NCBI GenBank assembly: GCA_001792215.1
Contig: MGGC01000038.1
Coordinates: 73,761 to 115,984, forward strand
Direction: 5' to 3'
DNA: 42,224 bases
Source of the DNA: Candidatus Woesebacteria bacterium RIFCSPHIGHO2_01_FULL_38_10
GTDB taxonomy: Bacteria > Patescibacteriota > Microgenomatia > UBA8517
The position numbers and the translations under genes are program-made. Shown here in pieces: positions 8,919 to 17,144 of this stretch. Under the pieces are notes generated by a model that had not been told where the DNA came from, made no database searches, and was given only the letters and a program-made list of their open reading frames with translations. Numbering within the stretch: position 1 is the first letter of the stretch; each line of letters opens with the position of its first letter.

Positions 8919-9117
8919 AGCAAACTAAAGCCTAAAAATCATCTGCCTCTTGATTTTACGGTAAAAATATTTCTACATTGTTATGATACCTAACTCTTCC
9001 GATCGCTTTTTTGATGACCGCATTGGTCAATTTGAGGAATCGAGCTGGGTACGATTAGTGCGGCCTTTAAAATTATTTAAGTTTTGTTCTTTAAAAGATT
9101 TAGCGCTTTTTCAGAGG

Positions 9118-9495
9118 CTAAACTTCTATTGCTAGAAACTTCATTAGAAGCATAGGAAGAGGCTTTAACTCACGATTGATTGGATCAAGAATCACACCTA
9201 ATGATTCTAATGTAACTGCTCCTAGAAGATAAATTCCTTTTTCACCAAACACTACCGGAGAACCTCGTAATCTTCCTCGATATTCGAATAATCCGTTCCC
9301 TATGAGTTTTTCTATTACTTCACCATTCGCAAGAGTGAATTTCTGTTTATCTCTCGATTTTATCCCGATTTTTTTTAAAACTGATGTTGGCATTACTGAA
9401 TAAACAGCACCAGAATCAACCAAAAAATGTCCAACTGTAAATTTCTGCGGATTTTGAGGATTTTTAACCTTAATATCAAGATACGTAATTGACAT
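9118..9495 (-). CDS. Clan AA (retropepsin-like) aspartyl protease
   Basis: LVDSGA, LANG and LLG motifs. Start set to 9495 because the longer ORF runs into tRNA-Tyr; TGA-TATAAT lies 7 nt upstream. Confidence 0.88.
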   Translation of the reverse strand: MSITYLDIKVKNPQNPQKFTVGHFLVDSGAVYSVMPTSVLKKIGIKSRDKQKFTLANGEVIEKLIGNGLFEYRGRLRGSPVVFGEKGIYLLGAVTLESLGVILDPINRELKPLPMLLMKFLAIEV

Positions 9496-9545
9496 ATAAG
9501 AAATTATATCATATTTTTCCTTACTCCAACCCCAATCTCCTTTTG

Positions 9546-9630
9546 TGCTAGGACCAGGATTCGAACCTGGGTAGCCCATCCGGGCGACAGTTTTACAGAC
9601 TGTTGCGTTTGACCGCTCCGCCATCCTAGC
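9546..9630 (-). tRNA. tRNA-Tyr(GTA)
   Basis: GCTAGGA acceptor, ACAGT-CTGTAAA-ACTGT anticodon arm, long variable arm, GGTTCGAATCC. Confidence 0.95.
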
Positions 9631-9775
9631 TCAATTGCCTGTCCCGTGTTTCTGCGAAGCAGAAATTTACGGGCTCCACTCCAACACCGCAATTCCTTAG
9701 CCAATTTGAACCTTCCTAGAAAATCGCACTCTGATCGACGGTTTATCCCAAAAAATCGTGCTTGCTTATCTTTTG

Positions 9776-9847
9776 AGCCGAGAAAGGGATTTGAACCCTT
9801 GACCCCCTGTTTACAAAACAGGTGCTCTACCGCTGAGCTATCTCGGC
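9776..9847 (-). tRNA. tRNA-Thr(TGT)
   Basis: GCCGAGA/TCTCGGC acceptor, CCTGT-TTTGTAA-ACAGG, GGTTCAAATCC. Confidence 0.95.
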
Positions 9848-9968
9848 AAGTCTGGCAAGCTGGATTTTTGAGTAAGTTATATTATACTTTTAAAAAAGGG
9901 GTCTGTTCAACTTTTTATGCCCAAAATACTTTAAAAGGAAGATTTTTACTATAATTAATCCGCGTTTC

Positions 9969-10064
9969 TTAGCGCATTACTATAAGAGCAACAATAAGAA
10001 GTGAAAAGATTGCTAAAGCCGTAACCATCTTCAACAGTTCATAAGGATCTTTTTTAACTGCCAT
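9969..10064 (-). CDS. 31-aa single-pass membrane protein MAVKKDPYELLKMVTALAIFSLLIVALIVMR
   Basis: G-rich SD-like GGGGGGCTGA upstream, 21 nt after the upstream stop, clean TM helix. Not in the ORF track. Confidence 0.6.
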   Translation of the reverse strand: MAVKKDPYELLKMVTALAIFSLLIVALIVMR

Positions 10065-10085
10065 TTACTTATCAGCCCCCCTTCT

Positions 10086-10916
10086 TCACAAAATCAAAAT
10101 CAGTGCTCCACCGATCATCAAAATCCCAATTACAATTCCCATGATTGTTGGATAGGAAATTCCCGCATCCGGTAATTCTTCTCCTCCCTTACTTGTAACT
10201 GTCGGCGTGGCTGAAATGGTTGAGGTTGGCGTTACAGTCAACCTGGAAGTCGGGGTCGGGGTTCTTGTTGCAACCAAAGTGCCAGTCGGAGTAAGAGTGG
10301 CTTCAGGAGGCGAAGTAGGCGTCACTTCAGCCTCTCCTATTGTATAAACTCCTGTACTCGAAGGAATAAGTAGAATATCCTGGTTGTCGGTTTTGCGGGT
10401 AATTACACTTGAGGCTGCGTCAAAACGCAAAGTTATAGGATTAACAGCAGGCGGTCGATTTACCTTCAGATTTACGTTGGCAAGCAAAGTATTCTCACTC
10501 GCGCTGAATCCTGAAGCGCTGGTATTGGCACAGGCAATATCGATAATTACACTCTCGCCCTGCTGGGTTGAATCTTGAGTCGGACAAGTCCAATCGCCTG
10601 TTGCCAAAAGAGTTGAATTAATCTCAATATTTTCAACGCTTACCTCCGGAGTTCCTCCAGAAAAGGGGTACATTAATCTGACTGCAACCCCAGATATAGC
10701 GATACCTGCTGGATTAAAATAAATAGTAGTCTCAATCGACTCCCCTATTTCATAACTGCCTGTTTCTGGGGAAATTGAAACTTCTGTTGTGCCGGTAGGG
10801 GTGGACGCTTTTTCCCTTAAATCTTGTCTTTCCCTAAGAAGTATTAGTCCCGCAGCAAATCCTCCAACAGCCACCAGGATGATGACCAAGGCAACAGCAA
10901 TTTTCTTGACAGGCAT
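10086..10916 (-). CDS. Surface protein: N-terminal TM, cohesin-like domain, Pro/Thr linker, LPxxG motif and C-terminal TM
   Basis: Beta-rich domain with a Cys pair, TPTP repeats, LPDAG followed by a hydrophobic helix. Confidence 0.8.
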   Translation of the reverse strand: MPVKKIAVALVIILVAVGGFAAGLILLRERQDLREKASTPTGTTEVSISPETGSYEIGESIETTIYFNPAGIAISGVAVRLMYPFSGGTPEVSVENIEINSTLLATGDWTCPTQDSTQQGESVIIDIACANTSASGFSASENTLLANVNLKVNRPPAVNPITLRFDAASSVITRKTDNQDILLIPSSTGVYTIGEAEVTPTSPPEATLTPTGTLVATRTPTPTSRLTVTPTSTISATPTVTSKGGEELPDAGISYPTIMGIVIGILMIGGALILIL

Positions 10917-10984
10917 ATAGATTTATTTAAACATTTGCCACTAACCTTTTTCAAGGGTCAATTTCGAAGCTTAAGCTTATATAT

Positions 10985-11230
10985 TTACTCAATTTCTTCT
11001 GGACACCCTCCCAACACATCTCCCTGATCAATGTAAAATTTTAAGTCCTTTTCCTCAACTTCGATTTCAACTGAAGGCTTATCTGAAGAATCAAGTCTAT
11101 GACAGATGGTCACTATTTTCTTTCTATCTTCAGCTCTTTCTCTGTACTCTTGACTTTGCTGGACCAGTAAAACCCCGATAAAAACTCCTAAAAAAAGAAT
11201 AAAGACTCCTATGACATTTTTCCTGCTCAT
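10985..11230 (-). CDS. Small membrane-anchored protein with VTICH...GD.LG.C motif
   Basis: N-terminal TM, GAGG SD, two-Cys mini-domain. Confidence 0.7.
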   Translation of the reverse strand: MSRKNVIGVFILFLGVFIGVLLVQQSQEYRERAEDRKKIVTICHRLDSSDKPSVEIEVEEKDLKFYIDQGDVLGGCPEEIE

Positions 11231-11304
11231 ATCCTCAAATAATTCTTAGCACATTTTTGATAGTCTGACTAGATATAAAAATTTGATATAATATACCCGT
11301 CTTT

Positions 11305-11377
11305 GCCTGGATAGCTCAGTTGGCAGAGCGTGCCCTTGGTAAGGGCAAGGTCATGGGTTCGATCCCCATCCCAGGCT
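11305..11377 (+). tRNA. tRNA-Thr(GGT)
   Basis: GCCTGGA/CCAGGC acceptor, TGCCC-TTGGTAA-GGGCA, GGTTCGATCCC. Confidence 0.95.
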
Positions 11378-11382
11378 CACAA

Positions 11383-11782
11383 TTAACTTAAAACTAAAAA
11401 CTTAAGATGGGATTCAGATTTAGAGATTTTCCTATATATTCAGAACTAAGACAATTTATTAAGGGGATTTATATACTCAATTCCAAGTTGCCTCAAAAAG
11501 AAAACTATGGACTCGCTTCTCAGCTTAGAAGAGCAGCAACCTCAGCACTACTTAACTTAACAGAAGGGTCTATGAAAAAATCAGACAAGGAATTTAATAG
11601 ATTCTTGTTAATCTCAATAGGTTCAATAAGCGAAATAGTAGCTATTTTGGACATCTGTTTAGATCAAAAATATATTTCTTCTTTAATTCACAAACAATAT
11701 TTGATAAAATGCGAAACACTCGTTAAGAAACTTTACAGTTTCAGAAAGACACTAAAACTTAAGTCCTAAGTTTTTTAGTTAA
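11383..11782. repeat. Imperfect heptamer-based inverted repeats flanking the four helix bundle gene
   Basis: Left AACTTAA AACTAAA AACTTAA (11385-11405); right TTAAGTC CTAAGTT T TTTAGTT (11759-11780). Confidence 0.65.
11407..11769 (+). CDS. Four helix bundle protein (23S rRNA IVP-like family)
   Basis: LPxxExYGLxSQLRRAAxSxxxNxxEG and FLxISxGSxxE motifs. Confidence 0.92.
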   Translation: MGFRFRDFPIYSELRQFIKGIYILNSKLPQKENYGLASQLRRAATSALLNLTEGSMKKSDKEFNRFLLISIGSISEIVAILDICLDQKYISSLIHKQYLIKCETLVKKLYSFRKTLKLKS

Positions 11783-11793
11783 CCAAAAGTTAC

Positions 11794-11967
11794 ATGGCCA
11801 AAAAAGGAGCTCGAGAAATAGTCGCACTAGTTTGCAAAAATTGCAAAAGTCAAAATTACGCCACAGTCCGTAATAAGCTTAATATGGAGGGAAAACTAAC
11901 CTTGAATAAATATTGCAAACGTTGTAAAAAACACACCGTTCATAAAGAAACTACCAAGTTAAAGTAA
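11794..11967 (+). CDS. rpmG: 50S ribosomal protein L33 (Zn-binding)
   Basis: MAKKGAREIVALVCKNCKSQNY...LNKYCKRCKKHTVHKE, 57 aa; below the ORF-track cutoff. Confidence 0.95.
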   Translation: MAKKGAREIVALVCKNCKSQNYATVRNKLNMEGKLTLNKYCKRCKKHTVHKETTKLK

Positions 11968-11987
11968 AATAGTCCGAAGTTTCATTT

Positions 11988-12058
11988 AGGGCTGTAGTTA
12001 AATGGTATAACAGCGGTCTCCAGAACCGCTATTGGGGGTTCGATTCCCTCCAGCCCTG
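11988..12058 (+). tRNA. tRNA-Trp(CCA)
   Basis: AGGGCTG/CAGCCCT acceptor, GCGGT-CTCCAGA-ACCGC, GGTTCGATTCC; follows rpmG as usual. Confidence 0.93.
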
Positions 12059-12117
12059 CACAGCTCTACTTATTCCAGTAGAAGCTCCTGTTACAATAAC
12101 AAATTTGCCCCGCATTC

Positions 12118-12504
12118 TCATTTAACTTTCTCGTCTAAAAATAATTTAAGAGCCTTTAGGTCTTTCTTGTCTGGGTCATAAAAATATGAGGTTATTCCCA
12201 CTGACTGGGCACTTTTTACAGCTTCTGGATTATGCTCAAAATATACGACGTCTCTTGATTTTAGATTGAAGTGTTTCAACATACTCTCAAAATACTTTGG
12301 GTCTGTCTTATCTGGGTTGTGTTTCAGAGTAAATAACTCGTAAGGCAAGCTAGTTAACCCAAATTCCACCTTCTGCTCATCGTTTGCATTAGTTAAGATA
12401 ATCTTTCTGTTTGGGTAATTTTGCAACAAATCAAACATGGGTTTGTAAATTCCTTTGCCTTCAATTACAAATGTATCTACTGCGTCTACTAAAATAGTTC
12501 TCAT
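12118..12504 (-). CDS. HAD-superfamily hydrolase (small)
   Basis: ILVDAVDT, ILTNA, KxDPxYF and SAQSVGI motifs. Confidence 0.8.
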   Translation of the reverse strand: MRTILVDAVDTFVIEGKGIYKPMFDLLQNYPNRKIILTNANDEQKVEFGLTSLPYELFTLKHNPDKTDPKYFESMLKHFNLKSRDVVYFEHNPEAVKSAQSVGITSYFYDPDKKDLKALKLFLDEKVK

Positions 12505-12830
12505 AATTCCTCCTCCGAAATTAAAGGGTAAATATCAAAGGCGACCTCCTCGTAAGGGTGAACCTTTCTAACTGCCTCAATTACACCCTTTGCTTTGCCT
12601 TTATCACAAACACATTCAACCCTCTCCTCCTCAACTTCCTCAAACTTGCCAACTCCACCGATAGCGGGTTTTGCACCTTCAACGGGTTTGTATCTCCCAA
12701 TACCTTCAACTGAATAACTGCAATGGCTGTAGTTGCCTATTTTGCCTGCCCCCGCGTCTCCCATAGCCTTCCTAACCACATCTGTGTGGCTTTTGGGTGT
12801 AAATACAACTAATTTAATTTGACTACTCAT
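12501..12830 (-). CDS. YqfO/NIF3 PII-like insertion domain as a stand-alone protein
   Basis: GAGKIGNYSHCS, GRYKP.EGA.P.IG, HPYEEVAFD. Confidence 0.9.
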   Translation of the reverse strand: MSSQIKLVVFTPKSHTDVVRKAMGDAGAGKIGNYSHCSYSVEGIGRYKPVEGAKPAIGGVGKFEEVEEERVECVCDKGKAKGVIEAVRKVHPYEEVAFDIYPLISEEEL

Positions 12831-13087
12831 TTTTTGTTTATATACTTACTCCAAAGATTTTTGAAATAAGGCAAGGTAAGAGTTGAGAGTAAAAATCCAA
12901 CTGCTGGGACTATGGCATTAAGCCAAGCATTAGGGACGGCAATTGCATTAAGATAAAAACCAATAGAGAGGTAAGTAAACAAAATCAGCAAAAACCTGCG
13001 TGTCCAGCTTGTCTCCCAAGCCTTGTCAGTCTCCACTTTCTTGTTCCTATTCTCAATTTTTTTAAGCCTTGCTTCTAAATCTTTCAT
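12827..13087 (-). CDS. Small two-TM membrane protein
   Basis: RNKKVETDKAWETSWTRR plus two TM helices; coupled to the next gene. Confidence 0.75.
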   Translation of the reverse strand: MKDLEARLKKIENRNKKVETDKAWETSWTRRFLLILFTYLSIGFYLNAIAVPNAWLNAIVPAVGFLLSTLTLPYFKNLWSKYINKK

Positions 13088-14018
13088 TTTCATTATCCGT
13101 TACTTCGTTAACCTTCGGCATTATCTGTTTCCGAAGTATCGCCGGTAAAGTAATCCACCCGTTACGAAACTCTGCACCCAATGCTTCCGAAATAATTTCC
13201 CCTCCATCATCACTTTCTGAATAAATATGGCTATTCCTTGCTTCTAAATCAATTATATTTACGAATGACCAATCAGCACCCATTTTGTCTTTCAAGTTTC
13301 TTACACTTTCCTCTATCAACTTCTTGTCCGAGAAAATTTCACTTCCCCAAACAACAAGCTGGTACGCTCCGATTTTCCAACCCTCACCAAATTCCTTGGC
13401 GTCATCTTCCAAGGCGGTTTTAACATCAGCCTCAACCTCACGAGTTGCGAAATCAAACATCTCACGAATGACTCCTTCGTTTAAGTTATAATTTGTCTCT
13501 AAATATCTTACAGCTTTTCGGTCTCGCCCTGTTGTGTTTGTTGCAATAAAGTTGAGGGTGTTGTGATAAATCGCACCGTATAAAAGCATGGCGTAGTCTG
13601 GATTTATTTTCTTACCAACTTTAATAAATCTCTCAACAATAATTGTTGCTGCAGCCCCTATTATCTCATTCTGAATTCTTGCGTTTGGAAACTCCCTCTC
13701 TGGCTCACCAGTTCTGTGGTCAATAATCTCAACTACCCTATCTGGTATAACTACTTTGGGCATGCCTTTCATTGAGGAAGCGTCAACTAAAATAAACTTA
13801 TTCCAATCAGTTGAATTCTCGTCTGGCCTGGTTGGAATTGATATATTATGTTTCTCAATAAAATATCTAACTTCCGACTGTGGTGAGCCTGTAATTACAC
13901 CATTTATTTCTGTTCCCTCCTGCTTAAGTAAATCGGCATAAGCAAGCGTACAAGAAACCCCATCTAAATCTGGGTTAACTTTGGCGGTAACCAGCGTCTT
14001 ACTCCCTTTTGTCTCCAT
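13062..14018 (-). CDS. DHH/DHHA2 family phosphoesterase, Mn-dependent (family II) pyrophosphatase-like
   Basis: NPDLDG, ILVD, IIDHR, GAAATI, LLYGAI..NTLNF, LRKQIMP. Confidence 0.85.
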   Translation of the reverse strand: METKGSKTLVTAKVNPDLDGVSCTLAYADLLKQEGTEINGVITGSPQSEVRYFIEKHNISIPTRPDENSTDWNKFILVDASSMKGMPKVVIPDRVVEIIDHRTGEPEREFPNARIQNEIIGAAATIIVERFIKVGKKINPDYAMLLYGAIYHNTLNFIATNTTGRDRKAVRYLETNYNLNEGVIREMFDFATREVEADVKTALEDDAKEFGEGWKIGAYQLVVWGSEIFSDKKLIEESVRNLKDKMGADWSFVNIIDLEARNSHIYSESDDGGEIISEALGAEFRNGWITLPAILRKQIMPKVNEVTDNENERFRSKA

Positions 14019-14218
14019 CTAAGTCATAGTATATTTCCTGAAACTTTTTTAGGCAAAGGTAATTTGAGGATTAGGATTGAGAAATTGCTGGATTCTTTCT
14101 AAATCAAACGAGCTCAACTGACACCAAACTGTTCGTAGTTGGGATACTAAGGCCTGCCACAAGCAATCTTTGAAAGAAAGATACTTGTACCATCAGCTAT
14201 CATTTGTAGGAAAATAAT

Positions 14219-14479
14219 ATGTGGCCGAGTGACTGTTCCCAAAAGCTCAAAAATTAATCAAGAAAGACCCTAACCTAAATTCGGTCCTGAAAAAGCAACT
14301 TAATTTATTTAGGTCTAACCCACTCTATCCCTCACTGCATTTACATAAATTACAAGGAAAAAGATCTGAGCAGTATGCCATTAAGATAAAATCAGATCTA
14401 CGGGCTTTATCCATAAAATCTAAGTATAAAAAAAGATACGTACATATTTTTTGATTTGGTAAAACACGGCGAATATTAA
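14219..14479 (+). pseudogene. Degraded RelE/YafQ-type toxin
   Basis: ...LFRSNPLYPSLHLHKLQG...YAIKIKSDLRA, then a frameshift in an A7 run to DTYIFFDLVKHGEY*; in-frame TGA near the 5' end. Confidence 0.7.
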
Positions 14480-14755
14480 GGAGCGGATTTCAATTTAACT
14501 CCTGCCCAGGAAGCTTTTGTCTTGGGTCGCCTTAAGGATCTTGGCTACCTGACAATCGGAAGATCAATAGAAGAATATAAAAGACTCTCAGACAATACTA
14601 TAATAAGTTATGCCACCCGGGACTCAAGAAGAGCTATAGAAAATATTCGGAAAAAATTACAAGCTTAAAAAAGCCATTGAACTCTTGCCCTTTATTTGCT
14701 AAAATTGCCTCATCAAGAAAGATAATTCAATTATTTTTAAATCTGATAATCGAGC

Positions 14756-14968
14756 ATGACAATCGTTGAAAATCCAAATCCAAATGAGCGTCTTGAGAAA
14801 ATAGCAAAATATCTGAGAAATGCCAGAGGCCCTAAAACAGGAGTGGTGGAGCAGACAGGACAGGCAAGGTTAGAGGCTGCTCGACGCCAAATGAGGCCGA
14901 TTGGAGGCTTAGTAATAAATCCCGATACGGCTAGAACAAATATCCCCACAGACAACCTCAAGATTTAG
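14756..14968 (+). CDS. Small hypothetical protein
   Basis: 70-aa ORF with TTGAAC-17-TAAAAT upstream; converges on the 14978 gene. Confidence 0.55.
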   Translation: MTIVENPNPNERLEKIAKYLRNARGPKTGVVEQTGQARLEAARRQMRPIGGLVINPDTARTNIPTDNLKI

Positions 14969-14977
14969 AAAGTGCAA

Positions 14978-15613
14978 TTACCTAAATCTTGTCCCTCTAA
15001 CCGTATTGCCATCTCCATCCGTAAAACTATAATCAACTCTTCCATCCTCTCTCGGAGTCACCTCTAAGCTATCTTTTTCTTGAGGAGATAAAGAACCACT
15101 AATTTTAGATACCAAATCTTGATCAATATCTCCAGCATTACTCTTCCCCCTTCCACCACCTTCATAAGCAGCTTGCGGTCTATCCGGACCAACGATTGAA
15201 GTGATGCCTATTCCACTCTCGGGCCCTTTTCCCAAAAGAGATTTCGCAACGCGCGTTAATAAACCTAAAGGCTGTATCTGCGCATGTCTTCTCCCACTAC
15301 CACCCTTTCCTCTTTCTTCAATTATATTACTCTCATGTCCTGGCTCTACTTCTACTCGTATACGACCGTCAGGAGTAGTATAGGAGGATGGTCCATCTAT
15401 CCTCGCAATTTTTCCTCTCACAGGATTAGCTGGCATTGTGGGGCGCACATCTACGCCAGTTCTTCGATAATACTCCTCTCTAACCTGACGTGCAATCTTC
15501 TGACTCTCAGAACCAGTAATCTTTACACCCCTTAAAGTCTTACCGTCTTCACTTATTTCCTGCGCATGATCGGTTAAATATTCCCGCAATTTTTCTTCAG
15601 CATATCCTCCCAT
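14978..15613 (-). CDS. Hypothetical Gly/Arg-rich protein
   Basis: 211-aa ORF, tandem with 15649-16086. Confidence 0.7.
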   Translation of the reverse strand: MGGYAEEKLREYLTDHAQEISEDGKTLRGVKITGSESQKIARQVREEYYRRTGVDVRPTMPANPVRGKIARIDGPSSYTTPDGRIRVEVEPGHESNIIEERGKGGSGRRHAQIQPLGLLTRVAKSLLGKGPESGIGITSIVGPDRPQAAYEGGGRGKSNAGDIDQDLVSKISGSLSPQEKDSLEVTPREDGRVDYSFTDGDGNTVRGTRFR

Positions 15614-15648
15614 ACAATCTGAAATACTCTGTTAAGTTAAGAAGAGTT

Positions 15649-16086
15649 TCACCATTGCACCTCACCTATATCAGCCTCCCCGGCTCTCCAGTAAATAATT
15701 TCTGCCTCGGATCCCAAACCCATCTCAGCGCCCATGTCAGGAAAAGATGCTGGTCCTTTAAATCTACCTGCCTTTACCTCCGTCCCTACGACCTTCACAC
15801 CCCTCATTCTTATGGCCCCGGTTCCTCTAACCTGCCGGACCAAGCTCGCTGCGCTATCCACTACATCTCTCGAGGACTTATCAAATCCCATCCTTTCAAG
15901 ATCAGAAGTTAAACCTCCTTTACCTCCTCTCAATACTCTGCTAACTCTTCCCAATAATCCTCCTCCTCCTGACCTGGGCACTAAAGCTGTTGTAGTTCCC
16001 CTTGCTCTCCCCTTACGTCCTTGTTCCTTCTTTCTCTCTTCCTCCAATATTGCCCTCATCCGATCGCCAGCTTTTCTTCCTGTCAT
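15649..16086 (-). CDS. Hypothetical Gly/Arg-rich protein
   Basis: 145-aa ORF with a consensus promoter upstream. Confidence 0.7.
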   Translation of the reverse strand: MTGRKAGDRMRAILEEERKKEQGRKGRARGTTTALVPRSGGGGLLGRVSRVLRGGKGGLTSDLERMGFDKSSRDVVDSAASLVRQVRGTGAIRMRGVKVVGTEVKAGRFKGPASFPDMGAEMGLGSEAEIIYWRAGEADIGEVQW

Positions 16087-16131
16087 AAATATTAATCTTT
16101 CGAACTTTTAAAAAAATTATAGGTTTTTGCG

Positions 16132-16161
16132 ATTATATATCACACACAAACGCATTGTCAA
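16132..16161 (-). promoter_or_regulatory. Consensus sigma70 promoter
   Basis: Minus strand TTGACA-18 bp-TATAAT. Confidence 0.8.
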
Positions 16162-16177
16162 AATCTGTAGCAAAACA

Positions 16178-16564
16178 TTAAATTTTTATTTTTAGAAGTT
16201 TTTTGTCGAAACTGAAAAGTTCGCAATTCTCAATTTCAGCCAAGGCTAAAAGATACGAGTCAACAAAACTTAAATTTCTACTCTTATAAATTTCTAGCGA
16301 TTTCAGAAAGACAACTCTATTATTAATTTGGAAATATTGGGTGTTAACAAGTGGCTTCAATTTCGAGGATATATCTGCTACTGGAAATCGATAGTATTTT
16401 CTCAAAATAAAATCAATTTCAAAAATTATAATTTGTGGGACAATAATTCTAATTTTCCCTTCTTTTGCCTCTCTAAAAAGATCTTCAGCTATTCTCTTTT
16501 GTTTTGGAATATCTCCAAGAAGAAATCGTAAAAAGACATTTGTATCCGCAATAACTTTTCTCAT
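16178..16564 (-). CDS. vapC: PIN-domain (VapC-type) toxin
   Basis: IADTNVFLR, E in helix, LSFVDSY, LFSFDKKL. Confidence 0.9.
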   Translation of the reverse strand: MRKVIADTNVFLRFLLGDIPKQKRIAEDLFREAKEGKIRIIVPQIIIFEIDFILRKYYRFPVADISSKLKPLVNTQYFQINNRVVFLKSLEIYKSRNLSFVDSYLLALAEIENCELFSFDKKLLKIKI

Positions 16565-16815
16565 TTACTGTCATTTCGATATTCTGAGGCTAAACTTTCT
16601 GCAAACATCTCATGAATCTCACTTGAACTCAAAGGAGGCTTGGTAGTTTTTAGACTTCCTCCTAATTCTAAAAAATCCTTTACCTGTTCTACTACCATTT
16701 TACCATCTTCTACCCTTACAAGAGCCTTACCAGGCCGTTTGAAACCCAATTCTTTTTGGATCTTTGCCGGTATGCTTATCTGTCCCTGAGATGTTATTGA
16801 AACGGTATAAATCAT
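16561..16815 (-). CDS. AbrB/MazE/SpoVT-family antitoxin
   Basis: ITSQGQISIPAKIQKELG; ATGA overlap with the PIN gene; TTGACA-17-TATAGT upstream. Confidence 0.9.
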   Translation of the reverse strand: MIYTVSITSQGQISIPAKIQKELGFKRPGKALVRVEDGKMVVEQVKDFLELGGSLKTTKPPLSSSEIHEMFAESLASEYRNDSK

Positions 16816-17144
16816 ATGACAGTTAACTATATGTTTTTGCATTAAATTTGTCAATAAATAATACATATACAATTTATTAATGAAAAACCTGCTTTTTAAT
16901 TAAGGGTTATTTTAAAAACAATAAATCTTGAAGAATTCGCGTTATCCCGAGACGGTGTATCCATTCCACCAAGTCAAACTTGGTAGGTACGTTTGATGCA
17001 CCACCCCGAGGGTAGCATCTTTTATTTTCCACAGAATATTCGGAGCGATGGGAGCCGAATATGAAGAAAAAGTGCCTGTTCACGTAACAAGAGTACAAGT
17101 GTAAAAAGAGAAAGAAAGCTTTTTCAAAGTTCAACCTGAAGTTT

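Noticed and set aside
9643-9673. Strong hairpin between the Thr and Tyr tRNA genes as a tRNA-Gly remnant
   Set aside because: A single stem with no T-loop or cloverleaf; more likely a spacer or repeat hairpin.
9496-9954. ORF-track entries 9504-9704, 9646-9954 and the 5' extension of 9118-9624
   Set aside because: They overlap the tRNA-Tyr and tRNA-Thr genes, so they are shadow ORFs.
11407-11769. DGR accessory (Avd) gene or rRNA intron
   Set aside because: The fold is related, but no reverse transcriptase, TR/VR pair or rRNA is in the window.
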